Under the pieces are notes generated by a model. It saw only the letters and a program-made list of their open reading frames with translations, was not told the DNA's origin and searched no databases. From Methanopyrus kandleri AV19 (GTDB lineage Archaea > JAADCQ01 > Methanopyri > Methanopyrales > Methanopyraceae), in NCBI RefSeq assembly GCF_000007185.1, contig NC_003551.1, positions 600,001 through 632,000 of the forward strand: a DNA stretch of 32,000 nt, read 5' to 3'. A program made the translations under genes and the position numbers. Below are positions 1 to 8,511 of this stretch, piece by piece (the stretch's first letter is position 1; each line of letters opens with the position of its first letter).

Positions 1-1020
1 GGAACCACACTGAGGCTTCCGTCCTTGACCAGGTAGCACTCACCGCTCGTGTCGGTAACGAGCAGGTACATGGGGCTACCTCCGTAGTACATCGAGATCG
101 TCGCCGGCTGGTTACCTGCGGTCACGCTGAACGTGAGGCTGTCCGTGACGCTACCGTCGGCGGCGATCTTGAACACCACCGCGCTGGCAGGGTTAGCTGA
201 GTCGTGCGCGACTATGTACGGACCGTCGGCATCGTCGATCACCACGTTGGTGAACCCTGCCGGCGGCGCGAGGGTCCTTACCACCGTCAAGCTCGGTGAG
301 GACGGGTTGGTGATGTCGAGGACGGCGTACGCGTTGGTACCCAGTATCGCCAGCAGCAGGTGCGTGGCGTCTATCTTCGTCAGCTTAACGCCGCTGATAG
401 TACCCGCCATTGTCACTGGGACCGTCGGATTCGGGGGAATCACCGTAATCACCGATGTGGTCGGGGCCGTCCAGATCTCCACGACGGGATTCAACGCAGC
501 GTCGGTTCCGGTCACGGCGATGTACGCGTTACCGCCCACTTCGAGCGGGTGGAAGTCCGTCAGTGTGGTTATGGCGGTGGGCACACCGGGGTACGAAATC
601 GGTGTGATCGGCAGGCCTGTCAATACCGTCAGTGTGTTCCCGCTGATGGTCGCGGTGCCGGTGTACCTGTAGATCGTACCGGTCGTGATGTCTATGTCTA
701 CTTACGGTGAAGTCGATGTTGCCTCCCACCATCTCCGCTTTGGCTACCTTAGGCTGTGTGTATACTGTCGCAACTATGGGTGCTGTAGTCCATGCCTGGG
801 TGGGAGGGTTGCCTGCCTCCACGGCGCCGAGATTACCGCTGTTGTCTATGACCAACGACGTGGGCTTGCTGGCTCCCTCTACGTTCAACCCTTGGACTGG
901 CTGAGGGTTCAACGCCGCGTTGGTCTGCGTCAACCCGTGCGCCGGTCCTACGACGGCCAGCAGCACGGCGGTCAGGGCGGCCAGCCAGGCGGCCGGCCTG
1001 GGTAGGTTACCCAACTCCAT
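1..1020 (-). CDS. Secreted/surface protein, C-terminus runs off the left edge, interrupted by an apparent frameshift near 700-703
   Basis: ATG at 1020 preceded by GGGGTGG; N-terminal signal peptide MELGNLPRPAAWLAALTAVLLAVVGPAHG. Frame beginning at 1020 reads sensibly to ...NIDFTV, then the sensible reading continues in the adjacent frame as VDIDITTGTIYRYTGTATISGNTLTVLTGLPITPISYP...VLDITNPSSPSLTVVRTL..., open to base 1. Confidence 0.7.
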
Positions 1021-1206
1021 TCCACCCCCTGCGAACCACATACACATGCGTTTCCTGAACACTTTAGTTTCCTGACTTCATGAGATGACACAACGCTCCT
1101 CTACAACCTAAATACGGGATTATGCGTTTCGGAAACGTCGGAGGCCGAAAAGTCACCGGCGTCACTAAATTAGCTGACTAGCCGAGGAGTGCAGGGGGGT
1201 GTTCGG

Positions 1207-1356
1207 ATGGCGAAGTTTCCGGAGGCGGAGGCCCGGATCTTCAACAAACTGATCTGCATGAAGTGTAACGCGAGGAACCCACCGGACGCCACGAAGTGCA
1301 GGAAGTGCGGGTACAAGGGACTACGACCCAAGGCCAGGGAGCCGAGAGGCGGTTAG
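1207..1356 (+). CDS. rpl40e: Ribosomal protein L40E (49 aa zinc ribbon)
   Basis: Manual translation [49 protein letters not shown]; two CxxC pairs; G-rich Shine-Dalgarno just upstream. Not in the supplied ORF track because it is short. Confidence 0.93.
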   Translation: MAKFPEAEARIFNKLICMKCNARNPPDATKCRKCGYKGLRPKAREPRGG

Positions 1357-1359
1357 ACC

Positions 1360-2079
1360 ATGGGCGTGTTCGGGTACTTGCGGGAGCGCACCCCCTGTCA
1401 TCTCACCCTGCTCGACCCCGTGGACGTGGGTCCGGAGGAGGTCCCGGAGGTCCTGGAGTCGCTGGTGAAGGCGGGCACGGACGCGGTGATGGTCGGCGGT
1501 TCGACTGCGCACGCATCGCAGGTGGAAGCGGTGGTGGAGGCGATCCGGGAGGTCGCGGACGTCCCGGTGATCCTGTTCCCGAACGGCCCGGAAGGTCTCG
1601 CGCCGAACGCGGACGCGGTGCTGTTCATGAGCCTACTCAACTCGCGGAACACGTACTACCTGATCGAGGCGCAGGTGAAGGGCGCGCCGTTGGTGGAGCG
1701 GTTCGGGCTGGAATCGATCCCGACGGGCTACCTGATCGTGGGCGAGTGGGGTACGACCGTCTCGGTGGTCGGAGACGCGCGGGTGATCCCGTTCGATCGG
1801 GTCGAGGTGATCGTCGCGTACGCGCTGGCGGCGAAGCACCTGGGCATGAAGGCGGTGTACCTGGAGGCGGGGAGCGGTGCGCCGGAGCCGGTGCCGCCCG
1901 AGGTGGTGCGGCGAGTCTCGGGGATCGGGGTGTTCACGATCGTGGGCGGCGGTATCCGGAGCCCGGAGACCGCACGGGAGCTCGCCGAGGCGGGCGCGGA
2001 CGCGATCGTCACCGGGACCGCCGTGGAGCGGGACCCAGACCTGGCCGCGGAGATCGTGGAGGCCATCAAGGACCTTTGA
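1360..2079 (+). CDS. Geranylgeranylglyceryl phosphate synthase
   Basis: 239 aa TIM-barrel with LTLLDPVDVGPEEVPEVLESLVKAGTDAVMVGGS, YLEAGSGAPEPVP and TIVGGGIRSPETARELAEAGADAIVTGTAVE motifs. Confidence 0.93.
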   Translation: MGVFGYLRERTPCHLTLLDPVDVGPEEVPEVLESLVKAGTDAVMVGGSTAHASQVEAVVEAIREVADVPVILFPNGPEGLAPNADAVLFMSLLNSRNTYYLIEAQVKGAPLVERFGLESIPTGYLIVGEWGTTVSVVGDARVIPFDRVEVIVAYALAAKHLGMKAVYLEAGSGAPEPVPPEVVRRVSGIGVFTIVGGGIRSPETARELAEAGADAIVTGTAVERDPDLAAEIVEAIKDL

Positions 2080-2473
2080 ACCTGAGGAGCCCGACGAGGT
2101 CACGGAGAAAGCGGTCCGGATCGGCCACGCGGAGGCGATGTACTCGCCCGTCGGTCGTCCGAATCTCGACGACGCTGACGGCCCCCGCCTCTACGACTCT
2201 CACGTCCTCAATGTCCCCGTACGGTATGCGCTCCCCGTCGAACTTCACGGCATCTCTGGTCAGGACTACGCGCCGTCCGGTGATACGTTGGAGGGCCCGA
2301 CCGAGTGCGGCGAGGAAAACTACGGCGATCGCCAGAAACGAGTACGTCTGTTCGGGCGGCACGTTGAGGCGGGACCTCGACAGGAGTATCGTGGCGATCA
2401 CGCTGACGGCATTGATCCAATAGGCGGCCCACATTATCAACCTGAGCGTCCTCGGGATTGACGGGTACTCCAC
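2066..2473 (-). CDS. Membrane protein with two N-terminal TM segments and a bacterial PH-like (DUF304-type) C-terminal domain
   Basis: RLIMWAAYWINAVSVIATILL... and SFLAIAVVFLAALG hydrophobic stretches followed by VVLTRDAVKFDGERIPYGDIEDVRV...VVEIRTTDGRVHRLRVADPDRFL. Convergent, overlaps the GGGP synthase 3' end by 14 nt. Confidence 0.65.
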   Translation of the reverse strand: MEYPSIPRTLRLIMWAAYWINAVSVIATILLSRSRLNVPPEQTYSFLAIAVVFLAALGRALQRITGRRVVLTRDAVKFDGERIPYGDIEDVRVVEAGAVSVVEIRTTDGRVHRLRVADPDRFLRDLVGLLRFKGP

Positions 2474-2533
2474 CCCCTCACCCCCGAGGACCCCCGTTCA
2501 TTCTCACGTAAACGACTTTTCGGAGGGATAACC

Positions 2534-3211
2534 TTGCGGGCCGTCGCGCTGCTGAGCGGTGGGAAGGACTCGACGCTGGCCGCGCACCTGGCGGTCGAAG
2601 AGGGTTACGAGCTGACACACGGACTCACCGTGGTGCCCTCTGATCCGGAGAGCATGATGTTCCACGTGCCGAACGCGGACCTGGGGGCGCTAGTGGCCCA
2701 GGTGATGGGACTCGAACCCGTGAGGATACGGTCCGGACGGGACGACGAGGCGGACATCGAGGAGATAGCTCGCGTCCTCGAGGGGCTCGACGTGGACGCG
2801 CTGGTCTCCGGAGCGATCGCGTCCAGATATCAGAAGGAGCGGCTGGACAGGCTGTGTGAGGAGCTTGGGATCGAGCACGTGCACCCGCTGTGGGGGATGG
2901 ACCCGTTCGAAGAGCTCGAGCTCCTAGTGGAGCGCGGTTTCGAGGTGATGATCATCGGCGTGTCGGCGGCTGGCATGGACGAGTCCTGGCTGGGCCGCAG
3001 GATCGACGAAGACTTCATCGAGGACATCCGACGGTTGTACGAGAAGTATCGCATCCACCCCGCGGGTGAGGGGGGCGAGTACGAGACTCTCGTCCTGGAC
3101 GCCCCCCTCTTCGAACGGAGGATCGTCCTCGAACGCGTCGAAAAGCGGTGGGACGGCTTTTCGGGCGAACTGATCGTGGAGGAGGCTCGACTCATGCCCA
3201 AGCGACGATGA
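2534..3211 (+). CDS. dph6: Diphthine--ammonia ligase / PP-loop ATPase (Dph6/MJ0570 family)
   Basis: RAVALLSGGKDSTLAAHLA PP-loop, ...ALVSGAIASRYQKERLDRLCEELGIEHVHPLWG, HPAGEGGEYETLVLDAPLF signature; TTG start. Confidence 0.88.
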   Translation: MRAVALLSGGKDSTLAAHLAVEEGYELTHGLTVVPSDPESMMFHVPNADLGALVAQVMGLEPVRIRSGRDDEADIEEIARVLEGLDVDALVSGAIASRYQKERLDRLCEELGIEHVHPLWGMDPFEELELLVERGFEVMIIGVSAAGMDESWLGRRIDEDFIEDIRRLYEKYRIHPAGEGGEYETLVLDAPLFERRIVLERVEKRWDGFSGELIVEEARLMPKRR

Positions 3212-3260
3212 TCGAACTGAGCTATGGCCGAGCGCCGCGGAGGCGCGATGAGCGGGGACA

Positions 3261-3282
3261 CGGGGGTGAGTTCACACCCCCG
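3261..3282 (+). repeat. Perfect 8-bp inverted repeat CGGGGGTG-agttca-CACCCCCG between dph6 and the acidic protein gene
   Basis: Direct reading: left arm 3261-3268, right arm 3275-3282, 6-nt loop. Confidence 0.6.
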
Positions 3283-3314
3283 AATCGAAAGCGGGTGAAA
3301 CCGGAAACTGTTAA

Positions 3315-3329
3315 CTTTATTTTTTTTAC
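3315..3329 (+). promoter_or_regulatory. Candidate TATA element for the acidic protein gene
   Basis: CTTTATTTTTTTTAC located about 30 nt upstream of the GTG at 3358, in otherwise GC-rich DNA. Confidence 0.45.
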
Positions 3330-3357
3330 GTGGTGTAAGTGTCGGAGGGATGTCCCG

Positions 3358-4410
3358 GTGGGTCGCGACGAGGGTGAGGACAAGTTCGACGGTGGGGATG
3401 AAGGTACCTCCGACGAGCCGGACGTACCCGAGATCCGGCTCGACGGAGAGTCGGACGGCCCCGATCACGATCACCCCGAAGGTCCCGACTCGGATTCGGA
3501 GCCTCAGTACCCTCAGAACATCCTCTCGCACGAGGGAGACCACACCGACATCGACGTGTCCAACACGAACATCAGTACAGCCGAGTCCGACTTGGAGGCC
3601 GATCTGGATTCGAACTCGTACAGCGAATCGAGCAGCGAATCGGACGCGACCCAGTACACCGCCCAGTACTCCGACCTGGATCAAGACACGGATCAAATAC
3701 AGGATTCGAGGTCCGAATCGATCTCCGACGTGGAGAGCGTCCAGGAATCCAGCTCGGAGTCCAACCCCGACGTGGACGTAAACGTCGACAACGTCGTGGA
3801 CGTTGACGATCCCGCCGATCCCGGCGTTATCTACGACGTCGACAGGGAGGTCAACGTCGACGATAGGGACACGTACGTCGAGGAGAACGTCTACTACGGG
3901 GACACCGACCGGACGATCTACGACCCGCGGACTGACTCGGACACGGGGTCCGTCGACCCGTCGTCCGATCCGACTACCGCCGGGGATCAGGTCGTGGTCG
4001 GTTCCGAGGACCCGTACATGGTCCTGGACACGCAGAAGGGTCAGGTGGACGTGCTCGTGGGTGAGGACCCCACCACCATAAACATGGGCCAATCGGAGCT
4101 CTCGCAGCTACTGGACCTGGTGAACTGGCTCGACGGGAACGCACCGTCCGATGTGCTGGACTTGCTGTACCAGCTCCTGGCGTACCTCCTGGAGACGTTC
4201 TACGGTCTGATACCCTTGGACAACATCCTGAACATGATCCAGCAGATCGCAGAGTACGCGCTCAGCGGTGAACTCGGTCTCGACGTGCTCAACCAGCTGT
4301 TGGGCGTCCTTGAAACGGCCACCAGCCCGCTGTACGCGGCCACCGAGATCCTGAAGTTCCTCGGGGACTTGGACCTGGGTTTGGACGCCCTACTGGACAT
4401 CGATATCTGA
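3358..4410 (+). CDS. Highly acidic, Ser/Asp/Glu-rich low-complexity protein with a Leu-rich helical C-terminal domain; function unknown
   Basis: GTG start with GGAGGG upstream; 350 aa; VGRDEGEDKFDGGDEG...SSSESDATQYTAQYSDLDQDTDQIQDSRSESISDVESVQESSSESNPDVDVNVDNVVDVDD..., then SQLLDLVNWLDG...LLYQLLAYLLETFYGLIPLDNILNMIQQIAEY... The supplied ORF extends further upstream to 3148, which I consider spurious. Confidence 0.75.
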   Translation: MGRDEGEDKFDGGDEGTSDEPDVPEIRLDGESDGPDHDHPEGPDSDSEPQYPQNILSHEGDHTDIDVSNTNISTAESDLEADLDSNSYSESSSESDATQYTAQYSDLDQDTDQIQDSRSESISDVESVQESSSESNPDVDVNVDNVVDVDDPADPGVIYDVDREVNVDDRDTYVEENVYYGDTDRTIYDPRTDSDTGSVDPSSDPTTAGDQVVVGSEDPYMVLDTQKGQVDVLVGEDPTTINMGQSELSQLLDLVNWLDGNAPSDVLDLLYQLLAYLLETFYGLIPLDNILNMIQQIAEYALSGELGLDVLNQLLGVLETATSPLYAATEILKFLGDLDLGLDALLDIDI

Positions 4411-4486
4411 CTCTCCGCTTAACATCCCTCGGATCTTTGCGACACCTTATATTTAAATCTGGAAACGTAACCGTATTTTCAGGGTC

Positions 4487-4501
4487 ATACGATTTACGTA
4501 T
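4487..4501. repeat. Small palindromic element ATACGatttaCGTAT in the AT-rich island
   Basis: Direct reading. Confidence 0.4.
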
Positions 4502-4604
4502 CATTCGTGCATGAAAGTTGAATGATAGCACGTAAATAGTATGGTACCAATGCATAGATTACATGAGCGTTATCGCATGGTCCGTGCAAGTGTAACGTAT
4601 TATC

Positions 4605-4644
4605 GTCGAAGAATCGTAATATTATTTACGTACGATTTTTCGAC
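4605..4644. repeat. 14-bp imperfect inverted repeat GTCGAAGAATCGTA...TACGATTTTTCGAC (13/14 pairing)
   Basis: Left arm 4605-4618, right arm 4631-4644, 12-nt spacer. Confidence 0.6.
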
Positions 4645-4732
4645 AATCGTACATAGATCGTAATATCCAACATCGAGTTAACGCCCGCGGGAAGTTCAAG
4701 AGCTCGATTTATTTGCGGAAAAGACAGTTCGA

Positions 4733-4987
4733 TCACGTGATGGCGTTGGCGTACTTCTCGACAATTTCGACACCTTTCTGTCGGGCCATCTCCGCCGCCA
4801 TCTTGGCGGCCTCCTGAGCCGCACGACCCGCGTCTTTGGCCATTACCCACCAGAGGACCGATATCTCCAAGAAGGCCCACACGCAGATCGCCGCGGCCAG
4901 CAGTAAGTACTCGACTCCTCCCTGGCCCCGGTTCCGGAGCACGTTTCGCGACAACCTAATTCGCCCCCACGAGTTAAGGAAACTCAA
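4733..4987 (-). CDS. Type IV pilin-like protein with class III (EppA-type) signal sequence
   Basis: RNRGQGGVEYLLLAAAICVWAFLEISVLWWVM: G-Q-x-x-x-E-Y motif immediately followed by a hydrophobic helix; TTG start; 84 aa; TATA-like ATATTTTTTG on the minus strand upstream. Confidence 0.65.
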   Translation of the reverse strand: MSFLNSWGRIRLSRNVLRNRGQGGVEYLLLAAAICVWAFLEISVLWWVMAKDAGRAAQEAAKMAAEMARQKGVEIVEKYANAIT

Positions 4988-5376
4988 CCTGCGACGCTGA
5001 GCGTGCTGGGTATCCCGTCAACTGTACGCCAAAAAATATGGTGGGACCCACCCGAGCACTTTCATGCTATATGGAACAGAAGGGTAGGCGGGAACCCGCT
5101 ACGGTCGGTGTCTTCCGATCAGTTTAACCGCGGTTAAGGCGAGTGGGTTTACCCCGGGCGATGACCGGGCTGAACTCGACCGAGCGTGCCGGGCGCAATG
5201 AGGAAGGGACCACGGGGTGAGGCCCGCTCGGAGGCCTTCCGTAAGCCAGGGATGAGGAGCGCTCCCGATACGGTTTCCCGCGGATCGGTGACGAGTGCGG
5301 GACCCAACCGACCGCTCCCCCTTCTACTCCCTGTCCTACTCCTCGAAGGTGGGTCCTTATTTGGAAACTAGCCGTC

Positions 5377-5424
5377 GCACAAATTGCATGTCGGGCACCA
5401 GACCGCGCCGCCTACTATTTGTGC
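5377..5424. repeat. Inverted repeat GCACAAAT / ATTTGTGC (extends to 9 bp with CG closing pair), about 32 nt apart
   Basis: Left arm 5377-5384, right arm 5417-5424; C5376 and G5425 also pair. Confidence 0.5.
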
Positions 5425-5490
5425 GTCTGTAACGTAAGGAATTTAAGCCGGCCGTTTGGAGAGTGTCGACGGCACGCGGGGGAACGGCCG

Positions 5491-6189
5491 ATGGCCGGAC
5501 TACCTACAGCCCGTCCCGACGCCACGCCCGTCCGGGCACCGGAACGCATCCGCGTCCCCGAACCACCGCGGGACCCCGTCGAACAAGCCCGGGTTCTACG
5601 CGTGCTCCTCGAAACCGTGAGACGCGGAGTGCTCCCGTTCCTGGGTGCGTCGTATCGGTCGGTGAACGGGAAGGTGTATGGGCCGTACTACGAGGCTCGG
5701 TGGAAGCCGCGGAAGGGCGAGCGCGGCCGCACCATCTACCTGGGCAAGTCCGAGAATGAGAGCGTCCGGTTCCTGGAGGCGTGGCTATGGGAGGTACGCA
5801 GGGCCGCCCCACGGCTGGCCGAACACCGGAAGGCCAAATGGTTCGTCGCACGGGCCGTCCGGAGGGCGCTCGCGGCGCTCCTGGCCCGGTTCGAGGGCGA
5901 CCCAGAGGAAGCCCTCGAGCTGGCGGGTGAGGTCCTCCGCAAGGTCGGAGGGATACTGACGGGAATGCCGTTCGACCCACTGCGGACGTACTCCAGGCCG
6001 AGGGGCGGTAGAAAGCTCCTCAGGATGCTTCTCGGGCGGACCCCTGGCGAGTTCCGCGACGTTCTCCTGGAGATGCTCAGCCCGTGGCCACCCTGGTACT
6101 GTCTGACACTGCTCGAACGTCTTCACGGGAGAACCGCGGCGCGCGAGTACCATCGGGCGAGGGTTCCGCGGCCCGGATCGGCGGCATAA
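5491..6189 (+). CDS. Uncharacterised protein with HGPYY-like segment (YGPYYEARWKPRKGERGRTIYLGK)
   Basis: ATG 5491 with GGGGGAACGG upstream; 232 aa; third-position-GC coding pattern; TATA-like AATTTAAGC near 5440. Confidence 0.6.
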   Translation: MAGLPTARPDATPVRAPERIRVPEPPRDPVEQARVLRVLLETVRRGVLPFLGASYRSVNGKVYGPYYEARWKPRKGERGRTIYLGKSENESVRFLEAWLWEVRRAAPRLAEHRKAKWFVARAVRRALAALLARFEGDPEEALELAGEVLRKVGGILTGMPFDPLRTYSRPRGGRKLLRMLLGRTPGEFRDVLLEMLSPWPPWYCLTLLERLHGRTAAREYHRARVPRPGSAA

Positions 6190-6222
6190 GTCGGGAGGAG
6201 CGCCGGAGAAACCGGGGAGAAA

Positions 6223-8511
6223 TCACCGGAGTTCCAGGACCGCGGCCACGACCTGTCCCAGGGAAACGCCCCCGTCACCCGCGGGAACCTCATGGTGTTC
6301 CAGAAGGTCCGCCCCGTAGAGCTCCCGGAACCCTCGGGTGATCAGCTCGTTGTTGAACACCCCTCCCGTGATCGCGACGGGTTCCCCGTCCCGGTGCTCA
6401 TCTATCACCTCGGCGAACCCCTCGATCAGGGCGTGGTGTGCGGTGAGGGCGTACCGTAGGTCCCCGGTCTCCGCGGCCCGGGCCACGACGCTCGAGACGC
6501 GCACCGACCCGTTTCGGACGTCGACGTCCGGTTCGGGCGCGTGATCGACCCGAACCGCGACGGCCTCGAGCTTCATCGCGGGCTCTCCCTCGTAGGTCCG
6601 TTCGTGACAGACCCCCAGGGCCGCGCTGACGGCGTCGAGGAACCGACCGGCGCTCGTCGTCTCGATCGTCGGGTGCTCGATCTGGTGCAGGATCACCTCA
6701 ACCTCCCGCTCGCCGTGCTTTAGGGCGTGAGGCCACTCCTCGAGCCTCCGGAGCAGGAACTCGCGGATCTCTTCCTCCGACCACCCGGCCGCGTGTAGGT
6801 GCGCGGCCGTCATCCTGAGCGGTCGGTACGTGGCGGCGTCCCCACCGGGCATGGACACGGGTTCCAGGTGCCCTATCCGCTCGTACTCGTTCCCGTCTAC
6901 GTACAGGATCTCACCGCCCCAGGCGCTTCCGTCGTCACCGTACCCGTACCCGTCCATCGCGGCGGCGATCGCGGGTTCCTCGGCCGGGTCGAGCCCGTGC
7001 TCGGCGAGGCACGCGAGGGCGTGTGCGTGGTGATGCTGTACGCGGACTAGTTCCAGGTCGTGCTCCTCGGCCCATCGCCTGGCGAGTCCCGTGGTGGCGA
7101 ACGATGGGTGCAGGTCGCAGGCCACCGCGTCGACGTCGTTCCAGTCCAATCGGAGCAGTCGCAGGAACCGCTCGACAGTCTCCTGGAGGAAATCGAGGGT
7201 CTGAGCCCTGGACGTGTTCCCGATGTGCTGTGTGGGATACGCCTTCCCGCGGTGCAGCACGCAGGCGGTCACGTCGAGCTCGGGTCCGACGGCCACGACG
7301 GTGAGGTCATCAGGCGCCCACTCGAGCTCGATCGGCTCGGGGACGTAGCCACGGGAGCGTCGCAGCGATCGTGGTCTCCCGTCGAGGACGCGCACTACGG
7401 AGTCGTCGCATCGGGCGGCGATACGTCGATCGTGGACTAAGTAGTAATCCGCGATCCCACGGAGGTGCCTCAGGGCGTCGGAGTTGCGGATCGCCATGGG
7501 TTCGCCCGGCGGGTTGGCGGAGGTCATGACGATCGCCGGCTCGTCCAGGAACCGCTCGAACATGATGTGGTGTAAACCCGTGTAGGGGAGCATGACACCG
7601 ACGGTGTGCAGACCTGGGGCCACCAGCTCGGAGAGGGGGAAGGGTTCCTTCTTGGGTAGGACGACGATGGGCCGGACCGGTCCGGTCAGGAGGTCCTCCG
7701 CGGTTCCGTCCACCTCGGCGAAGGTGCGGACGTCGTCGAGGGATCCGGACATGACGGCGAATGGCTGCTGAGGGCGGCCCAACCGCTCGCGTAGCTTGGC
7801 GACGGGCTCGTCTTCGGTGGTCTTGCAGGCGAGGTGGAACCCGCCGATCCCCTTGATAGCGACTATCTTCCCCTCTTCGATGAGCTCGCAAGCCTCGCGG
7901 ATAGCCTCGAGCTCCTCTCCCTCGACGACCTCGCCGTCCGCGTCGAGAAGCCGGTATCTAGGACCACAGCGGGGACAGCAGACCACCTGAGCGTGGTAAC
8001 GTCGGTCCTCCGGGTCCTCGAACTCGCGGCGGCACTCCTCGCAGAGCGGGAAGTCCACCATCGTCGTGTTCTCGCGGTCGTACGGGATTCCCTCGATGAT
8101 CGTGAACCGTGGGCCGCAGTTGGTGCACCCGGTGAACGGGTAGAGGTACCTGCGGCTTTTCGGGTCGAAAATCTCCTCCAGGCACTCCTCGCACACCGGC
8201 GCGTCCGGGGGGATCTGCAGCTCGACGTCCTCGGATTCTTCGCTCTCGACGATCCGGAAGCCTGGGCCTACGTCCTCCTCCGTTTCCTCCGCGTGTACTT
8301 CGCGTACCCGGGCGAGCGGTGGGTGCTCCTCCTTCAGCCTGCGGATCAGTTCCTCGAGTTCGTCGCACGTCGCCTTGACTACGATCTCCACCTCGGATCC
8401 CAAGTTGCGCACGTGGCCGTCGAGCTCCATCTCCGTGCAGAGACGGTACACGAAGGGGCGGAAGCCGACGCCCTGAACGATCCCGCGAACTCGGATCTTC
8501 CAGGTTCTCAT
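6223..8511 (-). CDS. hypF: Carbamoyltransferase HypF ([NiFe]-hydrogenase maturation)
   Basis: Starts MRTWKIRVRGIVQGVGFRPFVYRLC (acylphosphatase domain); CEECLEEIFDPKSRRYLYPFTGCTNCGPRFTI and CEECRREFEDPEDRRYHAQVVCCPRCGPRY zinc motifs; VQHHHAHALACLAEHGL; FNNELITRGFRELY. The supplied ORF extends to 8724 but the HypF N-terminus is at 8511. Confidence 0.96.
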   Translation of the reverse strand: MRTWKIRVRGIVQGVGFRPFVYRLCTEMELDGHVRNLGSEVEIVVKATCDELEELIRRLKEEHPPLARVREVHAEETEEDVGPGFRIVESEESEDVELQIPPDAPVCEECLEEIFDPKSRRYLYPFTGCTNCGPRFTIIEGIPYDRENTTMVDFPLCEECRREFEDPEDRRYHAQVVCCPRCGPRYRLLDADGEVVEGEELEAIREACELIEEGKIVAIKGIGGFHLACKTTEDEPVAKLRERLGRPQQPFAVMSGSLDDVRTFAEVDGTAEDLLTGPVRPIVVLPKKEPFPLSELVAPGLHTVGVMLPYTGLHHIMFERFLDEPAIVMTSANPPGEPMAIRNSDALRHLRGIADYYLVHDRRIAARCDDSVVRVLDGRPRSLRRSRGYVPEPIELEWAPDDLTVVAVGPELDVTACVLHRGKAYPTQHIGNTSRAQTLDFLQETVERFLRLLRLDWNDVDAVACDLHPSFATTGLARRWAEEHDLELVRVQHHHAHALACLAEHGLDPAEEPAIAAAMDGYGYGDDGSAWGGEILYVDGNEYERIGHLEPVSMPGGDAATYRPLRMTAAHLHAAGWSEEEIREFLLRRLEEWPHALKHGEREVEVILHQIEHPTIETTSAGRFLDAVSAALGVCHERTYEGEPAMKLEAVAVRVDHAPEPDVDVRNGSVRVSSVVARAAETGDLRYALTAHHALIEGFAEVIDEHRDGEPVAITGGVFNNELITRGFRELYGADLLEHHEVPAGDGGVSLGQVVAAVLELR

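Noticed and set aside
1296-2423. 375-aa plus-strand ORF in a different frame through the GGGP synthase gene
   Set aside because: Gly/Arg-rich alternative-frame artefact; the 1360-2079 frame has strong family motifs.
2830-4092. 420-aa minus-strand ORF rich in His/Val/Arg
   Set aside because: It is the antisense shadow of dph6 and the acidic protein gene; His-Val-Arg repeats arise from Asp/Ser codons on the other strand.
5150-5250. Possible C/D-box or RNase P-like RNA
   Set aside because: A GCGATGA and a CTGA occur but the spacing is wrong for a C/D sRNA guide, and no RNase P core was recognisable; only retained as part of a general non-coding gap observation.
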